Shown here: positions 8,952 to 19,171 of the stretch, piece after piece
How the letters are laid out: the number at the start of each line of letters is the position of its first letter
How positions within the stretch are numbered: the stretch's first letter is position 1
DNA from: a virus
Strand: one strand, 5' to 3'
Length of the DNA stretch: 64,000 nucleotides
Virus record (IMG/VR): IMGVR_UViG_3300033145_001598
Location: 1-64,000 of that record
Made by a program: the position numbers and the translations under genes
Notes under the pieces: generated by a model
What the model was told of the DNA's origin: nothing
Seen by the model: only the letters and a program-made list of their open reading frames with translations
Database searches by the model: none

Positions 8952-9805
8952 TATTCCCCGAACACTTCTGAGAACAGTCTGGCTGTGGCTGACCTCTCAC
9001 ATCTCTGTAACTCAATAGATGCTGCTAGTGGTGAATTCTTAATCTTAGAATCATTCATTAGCTTATAGATCCCTGTCTTGTCTCTGGCGATCTTCTCATC
9101 TCTCTGGTTTAAATCTCCCATTAATACTATCTTACTGTTCTCGCCTATTCTAGTACCAATTGTCAATACTTCCATATGATTTAATATTTGTATCTCATCT
9201 GCTATGACAAGAGTGTCATTAAACGAGGCACCTCTAATCAGTTGTAGTGGTACTACTTCAAACTTAAACTGGTCTATTAGGTCCTGAACCTTAGACTTTC
9301 CTACTAATAGTTCCATGTTAGTAGTGTAATTCAGTAGGTAGGGACTGAACTTTTCATTAACGTCTCCAGGTAGAGCGCCTAGAGAATACTTTCCTACATA
9401 TGACATTGGTCTGGTGATCATAATTTTACTGTACTTCTTTAGATTTATTTTCTCCATGGCTGCTGCTAGGGCAAGCAGGGTCTTTCCTGATCCTGCTATA
9501 CCGGTAAGGATAACAATAGGGATACTGTCATCCATAAGGGCATGTAGAGCAAAGGCCTGCTCTCTATTTCTTGGTTGTATTCCCGCCGCTGTTGGGCTTT
9601 CTATCTTTTGGATCCATGATCCCGTCCTATCTATCTTACATATAGTGGTGTTCTTAGAGTCGTCTTTATCTTTCAGCTCAAGGTAGGTGTTGGGGTACAG
9701 AGAGTATCTTTTGTCCCATATTGGAATTTTATCATCACATCGTAAGTCTTCGATAACATTAGCTGCTACTTCATAAACTCTAAATCCAGTATACTTTTCA
9801 CTCAA
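8951..9805 (-). CDS. phoH: PhoH-family ATPase
   Basis: PRNREQ, GIAGSGKT, LGALPG...EKFSPY, RGASF, DEIQ, TRIGENSK, GDLNQ. Confidence 0.92.
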   Translation of the reverse strand: MSEKYTGFRVYEVAANVIEDLRCDDKIPIWDKRYSLYPNTYLELKDKDDSKNTTICKIDRTGSWIQKIESPTAAGIQPRNREQAFALHALMDDSIPIVILTGIAGSGKTLLALAAAMEKINLKKYSKIMITRPMSYVGKYSLGALPGDVNEKFSPYLLNYTTNMELLVGKSKVQDLIDQFKFEVVPLQLIRGASFNDTLVIADEIQILNHMEVLTIGTRIGENSKIVLMGDLNQRDEKIARDKTGIYKLMNDSKIKNSPLAASIELQRCERSATARLFSEVFGE

Positions 9806-9825
9806 GTATTATGTCACCTCTCCTA

Positions 9826-10881
9826 CTAAAGACCGTGGGCGATGCTTTCTCTATATCCGGCTTGGGTTTGTTTGATGAAAACGGCATGGTCCCTTAGTTC
9901 TTTTAGGTTATGAGCATCCTGATAACTCATACCTGATAGTATACCATTAACTAGCTCATCAAAAATGTCTTCTACTTTTCCCCTGTAGGGAACCTTGGTT
10001 ATCTCTCCCTCCACTGAGGTTGCTTGACCTTTCCAGTCCTCCTGAGCTTTCCTAGAAGCCATGCCTCTATATAGTTTCTCTGGTGGACCACCTGGGTAGG
10101 ATATTATGTCTCCAGGAGCATCGTCTGTACCTGCAAATAGCTTACCTATCATGACAGCGTCAGCACCCGCTGCTAGGGCTTTTACTATGTCACCCGAGCT
10201 TCGGATACCCCCATCAGCAATAATCGTTCTACGGGGCCCTGAGACAGTCTGAAGAGCTTCCCAGACCCAGCGAATAGCAGTCAACTGGGGTACTCCATTG
10301 CCAGTTTTGATCCTGGTAGTACAAATCGAGCCTGGTCCTACCCCTACCTTGATACAATCAGCTCCAGCCTTAGCTAGGTCTACTGCTCCCTTTCCGGTAG
10401 CTACATTACCTGCTATGACAGGATAATTAGGATACCAGCTCTTGACACGCTGGATTTGAGCAATCATAGAGTCTGAGTGACCATGGGCTATGTCTATGAG
10501 GATACTGGTATGGGTGTGGTCTGAGAATTCTAGTAACGGATCTTTCTCGAGAACTTTTCTAAGTCTGCGTAAGCCACTGTCACCAGTTCCTATGCAAACA
10601 ACTCTAGGGCACAATAGTTTACGAACTTGTTCCTTTTGCCACTTGGATTCCATAAAGCGGTGGATGATACCCAGGCCTCCTAGTCTGTTCATCTCGTGGG
10701 CCATTTCCATCTCAGTAACTGTATCCATGTTGGCTGAAATGATTGGGTACTTAAGTTCTAGTCTAGGTAAAATTTCTGTAGATAGATCAATTTCGCCATT
10801 AAATCTACTATCAATACTTCTCCTTCTAGGAATTAGATGTACATCATCAAAGGATAAACCTAGTTCTTGTAGTATTTGCAT
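9826..10881 (-). CDS. IMP dehydrogenase / GMP reductase family protein without CBS domains
   Basis: [35 protein letters not shown] (catalytic Cys), ADGGI, YRGMAS. Confidence 0.9.
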   Translation of the reverse strand: MQILQELGLSFDDVHLIPRRRSIDSRFNGEIDLSTEILPRLELKYPIISANMDTVTEMEMAHEMNRLGGLGIIHRFMESKWQKEQVRKLLCPRVVCIGTGDSGLRRLRKVLEKDPLLEFSDHTHTSILIDIAHGHSDSMIAQIQRVKSWYPNYPVIAGNVATGKGAVDLAKAGADCIKVGVGPGSICTTRIKTGNGVPQLTAIRWVWEALQTVSGPRRTIIADGGIRSSGDIVKALAAGADAVMIGKLFAGTDDAPGDIISYPGGPPEKLYRGMASRKAQEDWKGQATSVEGEITKVPYRGKVEDIFDELVNGILSGMSYQDAHNLKELRDHAVFIKQTQAGYRESIAHGL

Positions 10882-11363
10882 TATAGATCTCCAAGTCTTG
10901 AGAATAAGTCATAGGTATCAGGGAATAATTCTTCTTCGTTGTAAGCAGCTATATCGTACCATTCAAATGTAACTGTATAATAACTACTTCTATTAGATCT
11001 TTCTGTGTGAACTGAGAAGGTATCTAGAAATACAGTCCTGTAGTCTCCTGCTTTATCTATAGATACAATAGAAACTATTTCGTCTTTACAGTGAAAGACA
11101 TAGTCGTCGAAGAATTTTTCTTCTATTGTTAAATAAAGTTGCCATACTCTAGGATCATTATCTATAATTCCAGTTCTAGGATTAAGTCTATGTTCGAAAC
11201 CTGTTCTTGTTAGTACGGCATTGTTAGAATGAAACCATAAATTATTACCTAAATAGACATCTGCTTTTACTATGCCTTCATTAAGTAGCCAAGTGTCTGC
11301 GGATTGTGAATCCGGAGAGATTCTTTGTAGATCTTTCAATCTTATCGTCGGTGCCATATTCAT
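10881..11363 (-). CDS. hypothetical protein
   Basis: ORF; ends YDLFSRLGDL. Confidence 0.5.
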   Translation of the reverse strand: MNMAPTIRLKDLQRISPDSQSADTWLLNEGIVKADVYLGNNLWFHSNNAVLTRTGFEHRLNPRTGIIDNDPRVWQLYLTIEEKFFDDYVFHCKDEIVSIVSIDKAGDYRTVFLDTFSVHTERSNRSSYYTVTFEWYDIAAYNEEELFPDTYDLFSRLGDL

Positions 11364-11850
11364 CTCTATACACTATTTCTACTATCCCTGCTACAACTAT
11401 TGTTTTGAAGCAGGCCCAACAAGGCATTGTATTACAATAGACAGTAGCTCCTTGTGTTGATATACCTAGGCGAGCTGCTTGTGTGATGGCATTTATTTCT
11501 GCATGGACAGTTCGGACACAGTGGTCGTCTTCCATGATGTGACCGCCAAACTTCTGTCTTGCTGGATGTCCCATGCATTGCATAGTTTTCCTACACATAG
11601 GACCTATGCCATTAACACTCTCTGGTGCTTCTATGGTTTTGTTTCCACAGATTTGACATTCCCAGAACATTTCAGGGTCGTCACAGTGAGCACTACCTGG
11701 AATGGAACCATTGTATCCAGTGGTAAGGATGCGCTTGTCTCTAACTAGTATAGCGCCTACCTGTTTCCTATCACATGTGCCTCTGGTCGCAACCATTTCA
11801 CACATGTCTAAAAAATAACTATCCCAACTCGGTCTGTTTGTAGTATTCAA
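11281..11850 (-). CDS. dCMP deaminase with internal Cys-rich insertion
   Basis: RPSWDSYF, TC.RKQVGA, TGYNG, HAEINA, PCWAC. Confidence 0.9.
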   Translation of the reverse strand: MNTTNRPSWDSYFLDMCEMVATRGTCDRKQVGAILVRDKRILTTGYNGSIPGSAHCDDPEMFWECQICGNKTIEAPESVNGIGPMCRKTMQCMGHPARQKFGGHIMEDDHCVRTVHAEINAITQAARLGISTQGATVYCNTMPCWACFKTIVVAGIVEIVYRDEYGTDDKIERSTKNLSGFTIRRHLAT

Positions 11851-12403
11851 GTATCACCTTTTCTGCTTTTTTGCTGAACATATTGCGAATTAATTCTTCT
11901 GGTAATGGCTTACCATATAGCCAACTTGATACAGTGTATGAAAAACTACTGGCTCTCCAGCGGACTAGATCAGGAATTAGTTCCCCAGTTTTTAGCTTGC
12001 ATTCCCATGCAAATGCTTCTGCATCTAGTTCAAACCAGACTCTCATAGGATTGAAGTAGACAGGTAATGGACCGAAGAGATACAGAAGTCCCATGACAGG
12101 TATGCCAACCATGGGATGAATATAAAGGCCGCAGACTTTGAATTGCCATACATGTCTAGCTTCATGGGGAATAATTCTTTCGGTCTGTTCTCTTGTCCAC
12201 TTTTTAGGAATGAACAGATAGGGTCCTACTGCTTTAGCAATGTTATCTGTCTGCCATTGCATCTTTTTTTTTCTACCAAAGCATACGATAAAGATAAGAA
12301 GCTTACAGAACCAGTTCTCTGTAGTGTATAAACGAATTGTATTGTCAAAGCTAAGGGCAAACAAATCCACCCAGTGTTTTTCTTCTGTCCATGATCTACT
12401 CAT
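11819..12403 (-). CDS. HExxH metallopeptidase-like membrane-associated protein
   Basis: PHEARHVWQ and downstream FELDA; hydrophobic segment. Confidence 0.5.
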   Translation of the reverse strand: MSRSWTEEKHWVDLFALSFDNTIRLYTTENWFCKLLIFIVCFGRKKKMQWQTDNIAKAVGPYLFIPKKWTREQTERIIPHEARHVWQFKVCGLYIHPMVGIPVMGLLYLFGPLPVYFNPMRVWFELDAEAFAWECKLKTGELIPDLVRWRASSFSYTVSSWLYGKPLPEELIRNMFSKKAEKVILEYYKQTELG

Positions 12404-12411
12404 AAATTCTC

Positions 12412-13605
12412 CTAATCGAACTTGATTGGTTTAATAAAGGTTGGAAGAGATTTGCTGCTGATTCCAAACATCAGCTGTGTAGGTTCATCATGAACAGCAA
12501 GGTTCTCTGAATAATCATCAGGGCCCATAACAGATCCGTTTCTAAAAATTGGTTTACTGTTCCAGGTCATGACTCCCCAGTGATGGAAGTGTCCATAACA
12601 AACAAAGTCCCAGTTATGTATACCGTTCCAGCCTGCAAACTTGTTGGAAGCTGCTGCTGTATCAGCTTGTACTGGTGCGAAATGGCGGATTAATCCACGC
12701 CATCCCTTAACTTCTACTATGTTGTAGCTTGAATACCTGTTCTTGATAGTGATATTAGGATCTTCATGCATATCTACTAGTAGTTCTATCTGTTGGAATA
12801 CCATGTTATCCCAGTTAGCTTCTGCTGAATGGAATTTACTACTTCTACCATGGTTTCCTCTGACTGTAGCTATTCTAACTAGTGGAAAGACTTGACGAAG
12901 ATCTATAATCATTTGCCATATAGCTTTGCTTGTACCTATAACTTGTTCAGCTACATGAGTCTCTAGACTCATTTCTTGAGCAGGAAAGATTCCTTCGCCG
13001 TCTACATGGTCTCCTGCTAGGATAATAACTAGTTCATCAAAGTCCGCGAGATCTTTAGACCCTAGGCAATCCACTACTCTTTCTGGAATAGAACGAATTC
13101 TACTGAGAGCTGTCTTGATATTATATTGTTCTTCCTGATTAGGACCTAGTACAATTCTACCTACATGGAAGTCAGAGAGTAATAAACATAGACTTTCTTT
13201 CTTACCCTTGGCTGTCTTCAGAGATACAGAACCTGTACGAGGAGTCATATTACGGATTTCTAACAGTTCATCCATAAGATCAGCGACAAGGTTTCTTTTC
13301 GCTGAGGTCATCTGGCTTTTTTGTGCAGGTGATAAAGAAACGGGAGGTTCTATCTGTTGAATCAGATGCTCTCTTTGGTCTAGTATCTGTTGAATTGCTT
13401 TAGATTCTTCAGGACTTAGGCCCATCATAGATGGTGCACCATAGTCTTTGAATCCAATCCCCATGTTGCGAGACTTCTTGGAGATCGCCTCCATACTTCT
13501 TTCATGATCTAATAGTTCAAATACCTTATGAATTTCTCTGGTTGAACATGCAGATCTTAATGCTTCTAGGATTGCTATTTCTTGATCGCTCCAAATTACT
13601 GACAT
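12412..13605 (-). CDS. calcineurin-like metallophosphoesterase/nuclease with N-terminal helical domain
   Basis: SDFH, GDHVDG, GNHG, GHFH motifs. Confidence 0.8.
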   Translation of the reverse strand: MSVIWSDQEIAILEALRSACSTREIHKVFELLDHERSMEAISKKSRNMGIGFKDYGAPSMMGLSPEESKAIQQILDQREHLIQQIEPPVSLSPAQKSQMTSAKRNLVADLMDELLEIRNMTPRTGSVSLKTAKGKKESLCLLLSDFHVGRIVLGPNQEEQYNIKTALSRIRSIPERVVDCLGSKDLADFDELVIILAGDHVDGEGIFPAQEMSLETHVAEQVIGTSKAIWQMIIDLRQVFPLVRIATVRGNHGRSSKFHSAEANWDNMVFQQIELLVDMHEDPNITIKNRYSSYNIVEVKGWRGLIRHFAPVQADTAAASNKFAGWNGIHNWDFVCYGHFHHWGVMTWNSKPIFRNGSVMGPDDYSENLAVHDEPTQLMFGISSKSLPTFIKPIKFD

Positions 13606-13761
13606 TCACTACAACTCCTTAACAGTCTTGAGCCTAATAGACACTTGTTGAGTTTATGACATCCGTATAAGATTACGCCGAACCCAAACAAAACTGAACT
13701 AATCTTCCCCCAGAATACTATGCTTCCGCCCAGAAAGAAAAGTGTTTCTAAAAAATCCATA

Positions 13762-16359
13762 TCATAACTCCTGTATCTTCTTTAATAACGCGGACCTATC
13801 TCCGTCACATTTAAATGTGCCAATTCTCCAAACATTATCTTCTTTGGATGAAACAGATAGGTTTACTCTAAACTGATTACCACGCAGACTACTGATTGTA
13901 CTAGCAGCACTGGTGGCTATTTTCATTGGTACTACTAGTTCTAATTCACTCGTAAGAGATTCCCTTACGCTTTCAAGCATTTGAATAGATTTGATTTTAG
14001 CTTTGACTATCTTTGCTTCGTCTCCTTCCAGTACATCTATCTGTATTCTAAAACGTGCAGGATGCTTATCGCTAAGTAGATGTTTATACATGGAATAAGG
14101 TTTAGGTAATATGACAGCTTCTATCGTACCACTTTTATCTTCGAGTACCATATATGCCATCTTTTGTTTTCTTTTCTTTGTAGTTATCTCTTTGATGGCA
14201 CTTGGTATACCTATTAGTGTAGCTGTATCCTTATCTCTACCCTCTTCTTTTATTTCTTCTATTTTATATGGGGCAATCTCTTTGATGTTGTCCAGAGGAT
14301 GTCCTGAAATATAGTAGCCCATGAGTTCCTTCTCATAGGCAAGAACTTCTTCTATGGGCATCTCTGGCTGTGGTTCGATGGATGGGAGCGTGGGAGGCTC
14401 AGGTTCCACCGGCACCTTTAAAGGTTTCTTTTTTGATCCCTGTTCAATCTCCAGCAGTCTCTGGTCATACTTCACTGTTCTCTTGTTAAAGGTATCCGTC
14501 TTGCTCACGTACTTTTTATGTTCTTGTTTATATTCATAAATATCCTGAGTCACAGCCATCAATGATGATCGACTATGGTCTCCAGTACTGTCAAAGGCTC
14601 CCGCCAAAACAAGAGATTCCAGTTTCCTCTTATTAATCTGTCCGAGGTCTATTCTACCAGCGAAGCTAACAATGCTTTCATATGGGCCGTGTGTTTGTCT
14701 TTCTTCAATAATAGATCCTGCCGGCACCTCACCTAGATGTTTGACAGCTGCTAAACCAAACCGGATTGACTCTCCATCGCTGGCTATTGCAAAACTTGTC
14801 ATAGATTCGTTAGCATCAGGTGGCAAGACCTGTAGTTCTAAATGTTTACAATGGTTTATATATTTTATGACCTTCTCTGTTTCGTCTTGATCACTAACAA
14901 GACAAGCACACATGAACTCAAGAGGGTAGTGTGTCTTTAGATAGGCCATCTGGTAAGCTATGTAGGCGTAGCATATTGAGTGAGCTTTGTTGAATGAGTA
15001 CAGTGCGAACTCTTCTATCTGAGAGAACAGTTCTTCTGCGTTATCAATCTCTTTCTCTTGCATGCCTCCAATAAATTTACCCCGTTCTTGTTTCATCTTC
15101 TCGGGTAACTTCTTACCAATAATCTTTCTCATGTTATCAGCTTCAGCCATCGTATAACCGGCCAGCTCTCTACAGATCTGCATTGCCTGTTCTTGATAAA
15201 CAATGACTCCAGCTGTTTCCTTAAGGACTGACTCTAATTCTGAGACTAGGTAGTCAGGTGCACAGTACCCGTTTCTAACTTTGATCACTTGTTGGACCAT
15301 ACCACTACCCAATGGACCTGGACGATAGAGTGCTGCTATTGCTGATATGTCTTCTAGACAGTGTGGCTTAATCTGTACAGTAAGGTCCCGGATACCAGTT
15401 GATCCTTCTAGTTGAAAGACTCCATCTAGCTTTCCTTTCTGTAGCATTAGGTAAGTTGGCTTATCAGATATGGAAATTTCTAATGGGTCAATGGTAATAC
15501 CGTGTCGTTCTAATACGCTTTTCACACATCTATCTATTGTAGTGAGAGCTCTTAACCCTAAGAAGTCAAACTTGATTAGTCCAACTTCTTCTACTGTGTT
15601 CATTTCAAACTGGGTAGTAGGCTTGCCGTCTTTCCCTATAGATAAAGGTATCCTGGTATGGATAGGCAGGTTGGATATTACTACGCCGCTTGCATGAGTA
15701 CCAAACGACCGTAATCTGTTCTCCATTCTTTCTGCCCACACTAGGACTTCATGTTCTATAGTTCCAGGAGAGTTCCTGATAGACTTAAGCTCTGGTACTT
15801 TTTCATAACAGGTAGCTAGGGTCTGTGTATGACCAGCAATAGGCGGTAACACTAGCTTAGATAATTTATCTCCCACTTCATATGGGAAGCCAAGAGCTCG
15901 GGCGACATCTCTTATTGCACCCTTCGCTTTCATAGAACCATAGGTTCCTATGTGAGCAACTTTATCTTCTCCATACTTTTCCTGAAGATATTCAATTACT
16001 CTATCTCTCTGTGTCTCATCGAAGTCTAAATCTATATCTGGGTAACTAACCCTGCTCGGGTTAAGAAATCTTTCGAATACGAGTCCGTATTTGATCGGAT
16101 CCAGGTGAGTAATCTCAAGCGCATAAGCGACAAGACTTCCAGCAGCTGAGCCTCTACCAGGACCCACAGATATTCCATTATCCTTCGCCCACGTGACAAT
16201 GTCTGACACAATGAGGAAGTAGCCTGGAAAATCCATAACTTCAATGATTCTAATCTCATAATCTAACCTCTTCTTATACTCCGCTCTTCCAGCCAAACCT
16301 CTTTTCTTTAGGCCCTTTTCACATCTATACTTAAAGTAGAGTTGTAGTTCGTTCATCAT
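13762..16359 (-). CDS. dnaE: DNA polymerase III alpha, catalytic and C-terminal part (second piece of split gene)
   Basis: GPGRGSAAGS, FERFLNP.R...PDIDLDF, HASG, KFDFLGL, YQEQ, YSFNKAH and OB-fold; PHP domain absent. Confidence 0.93.
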   Translation of the reverse strand: MMNELQLYFKYRCEKGLKKRGLAGRAEYKKRLDYEIRIIEVMDFPGYFLIVSDIVTWAKDNGISVGPGRGSAAGSLVAYALEITHLDPIKYGLVFERFLNPSRVSYPDIDLDFDETQRDRVIEYLQEKYGEDKVAHIGTYGSMKAKGAIRDVARALGFPYEVGDKLSKLVLPPIAGHTQTLATCYEKVPELKSIRNSPGTIEHEVLVWAERMENRLRSFGTHASGVVISNLPIHTRIPLSIGKDGKPTTQFEMNTVEEVGLIKFDFLGLRALTTIDRCVKSVLERHGITIDPLEISISDKPTYLMLQKGKLDGVFQLEGSTGIRDLTVQIKPHCLEDISAIAALYRPGPLGSGMVQQVIKVRNGYCAPDYLVSELESVLKETAGVIVYQEQAMQICRELAGYTMAEADNMRKIIGKKLPEKMKQERGKFIGGMQEKEIDNAEELFSQIEEFALYSFNKAHSICYAYIAYQMAYLKTHYPLEFMCACLVSDQDETEKVIKYINHCKHLELQVLPPDANESMTSFAIASDGESIRFGLAAVKHLGEVPAGSIIEERQTHGPYESIVSFAGRIDLGQINKRKLESLVLAGAFDSTGDHSRSSLMAVTQDIYEYKQEHKKYVSKTDTFNKRTVKYDQRLLEIEQGSKKKPLKVPVEPEPPTLPSIEPQPEMPIEEVLAYEKELMGYYISGHPLDNIKEIAPYKIEEIKEEGRDKDTATLIGIPSAIKEITTKKRKQKMAYMVLEDKSGTIEAVILPKPYSMYKHLLSDKHPARFRIQIDVLEGDEAKIVKAKIKSIQMLESVRESLTSELELVVPMKIATSAASTISSLRGNQFRVNLSVSSKEDNVWRIGTFKCDGDRSALLKKIQEL

Positions 16360-16616
16360 TCCCTAAACTGTTTAGCCATTACGCCCTGTTCATGTATCCA
16401 TAACACACCAAGCTCGCTATCTTCCTCAATTATCTCTGCCTTAAGGCGATTGCGAAACCCTGTAAGTTCAGCTATGTCCATAAGTCTTAGGATGTCTCCA
16501 ACTGTCCATGACAATTCCTTATAGCTTAGCTTTTTATCTTTCCAGCATGTATTTAGACTTCTTTTAGCATAGTCTACAACTCTTCTAGCGCTAGAGATTT
16601 CGGAGGATCCTCTCAT
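16356..16616 (-). CDS. hypothetical protein between the dnaE pieces
   Basis: ATGA overlaps on both sides. Confidence 0.5.
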   Translation of the reverse strand: MRGSSEISSARRVVDYAKRSLNTCWKDKKLSYKELSWTVGDILRLMDIAELTGFRNRLKAEIIEEDSELGVLWIHEQGVMAKQFRE

Positions 16617-16828
16617 TCTTTATACTCTAGATCAAGGAAGCTATTGATTGCATTATCAAGATAGTCGAAGTCTGTATATCTTTGTTCCCATGGAAGTGTT
16701 TTATGATAAATATACCAATTTTGAGAAAAAGACAGAGGAGACTTACCTAGATTTCTTTCCTCTCCTTCATAATGTCCAATAGCAGTGACTACTGACTCTA
16801 TGTGATCGTATAGTTCTTTTCTATTCAT
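16613..16828 (-). CDS. hypothetical protein between the dnaE pieces
   Basis: Overlapping start and stop with neighbours. Confidence 0.5.
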   Translation of the reverse strand: MNRKELYDHIESVVTAIGHYEGEERNLGKSPLSFSQNWYIYHKTLPWEQRYTDFDYLDNAINSFLDLEYKE

Positions 16829-17066
16829 CTTTATCCCCTGGCATATCTTCCTTCTTTAACATTTTTAGTTTCAATGCTTTCTTCATTGCTTCTAAGCTAC
16901 TGACTAATTCCTTTTTGGTTTCTCCAAAAGGCTCAGCAGGTTTAGGGTCCCATGAGTTAATACTGCCGTCCTTTTCATAGTACACCTCATGGATAGTAAA
17001 CTCATACCAGTTTCTACCCTGAGGCAAAACATGAACATGTTTAATTATTCTATAGTTCCAATTCAT
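16821..17066 (-). CDS. phage hypothetical protein (WNYR...IHEVYY type)
   Basis: MNWNYRII...IHEVYY.KDG pattern recalled from phage genomes. Confidence 0.55.
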   Translation of the reverse strand: MNWNYRIIKHVHVLPQGRNWYEFTIHEVYYEKDGSINSWDPKPAEPFGETKKELVSSLEAMKKALKLKMLKKEDMPGDKDE

Positions 17067-19170
17067 TTTTCCACTCCAAAAATTTTGAATAGTCGTCAGC
17101 CTCTTCTACATTAAATACTGGTGGATAGTAGGTACCCAATTCTATTTCTACATTACATTGTTCTGCTATCTTCTCTGTATTATAGTAGGCTTCTTCACAT
17201 CCTATAGACTGAGCTCCTGCTAACATTTCTGCTGGTGTCTTTACATAGAACTCAGGACCATATTGAAACTCTGATGACTCTCTGTATGTTTCTAGTGACA
17301 TTTTAGTTTGCATAGCCATTAATAGTTCGTGTAGTTCTGAATCTTCTTTCGTAAGATAGTGTGCGTCTGCAGTGATTACGAACGGTAGACCACGTTGCCT
17401 TCCCAAGTCAAGTAAAAACTCATTGTAAGTTGTCTGTCTCTTGTCATCGTCCTTCCATACTTGTAGCTCTAAATATAAATCAGAACCAAACGTATCTAAA
17501 TAGAAGTCTAATTCTCTTGCTACATGACCTTGAGGGTCGTGACACTTCGCCGCTCTCTCATAGATATCTAGGTCACGGATACAGTGCTTAGACAGTACTC
17601 CAGCTAGACATGATGTTGTTGCTATTACATGTCCACTTAGTTCGCGTAAGTTTTCTTTATAAATTCTTGGCTTGTAATAGAAGTTGTGGCGAGCAGCGTT
17701 AGACACCAGACTTAAGAGACCCTGATAGCCTGTATTATCTTTAGCTATCAGGACCATATGTTTATTGTCTCTCGTTCTCTCTTCACTATCGTCTGGATCA
17801 TCTGTGATGTATGCTTCACAATTATGTAATATAATATCAGAAACGTAACTATTATCTCCAAATACTTCAAAATTGAAAACTTTTGTCTTGATCTTTTTTG
17901 TACTAATATTTGTAATTGGCTTAAGTATTAATTTATTAGTAGATATAGAGTGACTAAAGTGCCTGTTTAGCTTGAGGTTTAGCATATAATATTGATGTTC
18001 TTTTCCATTAAGAGAACCTGTCCCTTCTGTGATCGAACCCCAGTGGCCTTCTGAAGCCATTAGCGTTCTCATGCCCCATGCTAAGTTTCGTGATGATACT
18101 TTTAGTGTTCCCGTAGTTTGTTTTCCGTCTCCTTGTAAGACTCCAAGAATAAAGAATTTTTTGACTTCTTCCGAGGCATTGAAGATAAAAGACGGAACTA
18201 TTTTTTCTTTTGCTCCAATACCACAGAGCTCACCTAATAAATATGCCAATGGTACTGAGCAAGCTACAACTTCTCTAATGCTTTTTTCTGGCCTTATATA
18301 TATATTGCTCTTTATATTAAACTTTTCTAGTAAGACTTTTTCTATGAAGCTTGAGTATTCGATCTCGTTTATGTTAAAACTAAAAATAATTTGCCCAGTA
18401 ATTCTACTATTACTGTTATGGTTTAATGATCCTTCAGCTACATAAAGACCAAGAAACCGTGCAAAGTTTTCATCTAGCAATAAAGAAGTATTGAAATCCC
18501 ATTTTTTCTCTGAATCATACTTATTGTATTTTTTTGGTCTAATAACTTCGTTTTCATTTACAATAAAATCATGTTTTTCTAGAAACTGTTTTACATATAG
18601 TCTATCAAGCTGTGGGTAACTTTCTAGTTTAGGTAGGCAAGCATATGAATTCCATTCGGCAATTCCTTTATGAGAATTTCTTCGACCAGTTTTTATATCC
18701 TTTGGTTTTATCCATTCAGGATCTGAAAATTGCTCTGAATGCCATCTATTAGCCTTTTGTCTTTTAACTACAAGAATAGGATGTTCTTCTGTAAGTTGAA
18801 TTGATCTAGCTTTTTGACTTAGTCGGATCGTACATAGATCTCCTTCATAATCTCTTTCGAATATTTTTGTAACTGGCATAAAGCGACCTTTATGAGTTAA
18901 AACTAAATCTCCAGGTTTGATATCTTCTACATTTTTAACTCCATTAGGCGTAACGATCTCTTGTCCCTTGAGAAGACAGCCTATCAGAGGTTTGATATCG
19001 TTCTTCTTGCATTCCTTATAGAACTCTATGATTCCAGCCATCCATCCATGATCAGTGATGGCACAGGCGTCCATTCCATTCTTTTTAAGGTGAGGAATTA
19101 ATTCTGGTATAAGTATCGCGCCATCAAGAATTGAGTATTGTGAATGTATATGAAGGTGGGTAAACGCCAA
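17050..19170 (-). CDS. dnaE: DNA polymerase III alpha PHP domain (first piece of split gene), intein-containing
   Basis: HLHIHSQYSILDG, AITDHG, KPLIG-C-EAY after intein removal, FYYKPRI, TADAHY. Confidence 0.92.
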   Translation of the reverse strand: MAFTHLHIHSQYSILDGAILIPELIPHLKKNGMDACAITDHGWMAGIIEFYKECKKNDIKPLIGCLLKGQEIVTPNGVKNVEDIKPGDLVLTHKGRFMPVTKIFERDYEGDLCTIRLSQKARSIQLTEEHPILVVKRQKANRWHSEQFSDPEWIKPKDIKTGRRNSHKGIAEWNSYACLPKLESYPQLDRLYVKQFLEKHDFIVNENEVIRPKKYNKYDSEKKWDFNTSLLLDENFARFLGLYVAEGSLNHNSNSRITGQIIFSFNINEIEYSSFIEKVLLEKFNIKSNIYIRPEKSIREVVACSVPLAYLLGELCGIGAKEKIVPSFIFNASEEVKKFFILGVLQGDGKQTTGTLKVSSRNLAWGMRTLMASEGHWGSITEGTGSLNGKEHQYYMLNLKLNRHFSHSISTNKLILKPITNISTKKIKTKVFNFEVFGDNSYVSDIILHNCEAYITDDPDDSEERTRDNKHMVLIAKDNTGYQGLLSLVSNAARHNFYYKPRIYKENLRELSGHVIATTSCLAGVLSKHCIRDLDIYERAAKCHDPQGHVARELDFYLDTFGSDLYLELQVWKDDDKRQTTYNEFLLDLGRQRGLPFVITADAHYLTKEDSELHELLMAMQTKMSLETYRESSEFQYGPEFYVKTPAEMLAGAQSIGCEEAYYNTEKIAEQCNVEIELGTYYPPVFNVEEADDYSKFLEWKNELEL
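17821..18978 (-). mobile_element. intein with LAGLIDADG endonuclease in the DnaE PHP domain (386 aa)
   Basis: Starts CLLKGQEI, TEEHP block B, LGLYVAEG and GVLQGDG motifs, ends ILHN followed by Cys. Confidence 0.9.
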
Positions 19171-19171
19171 A

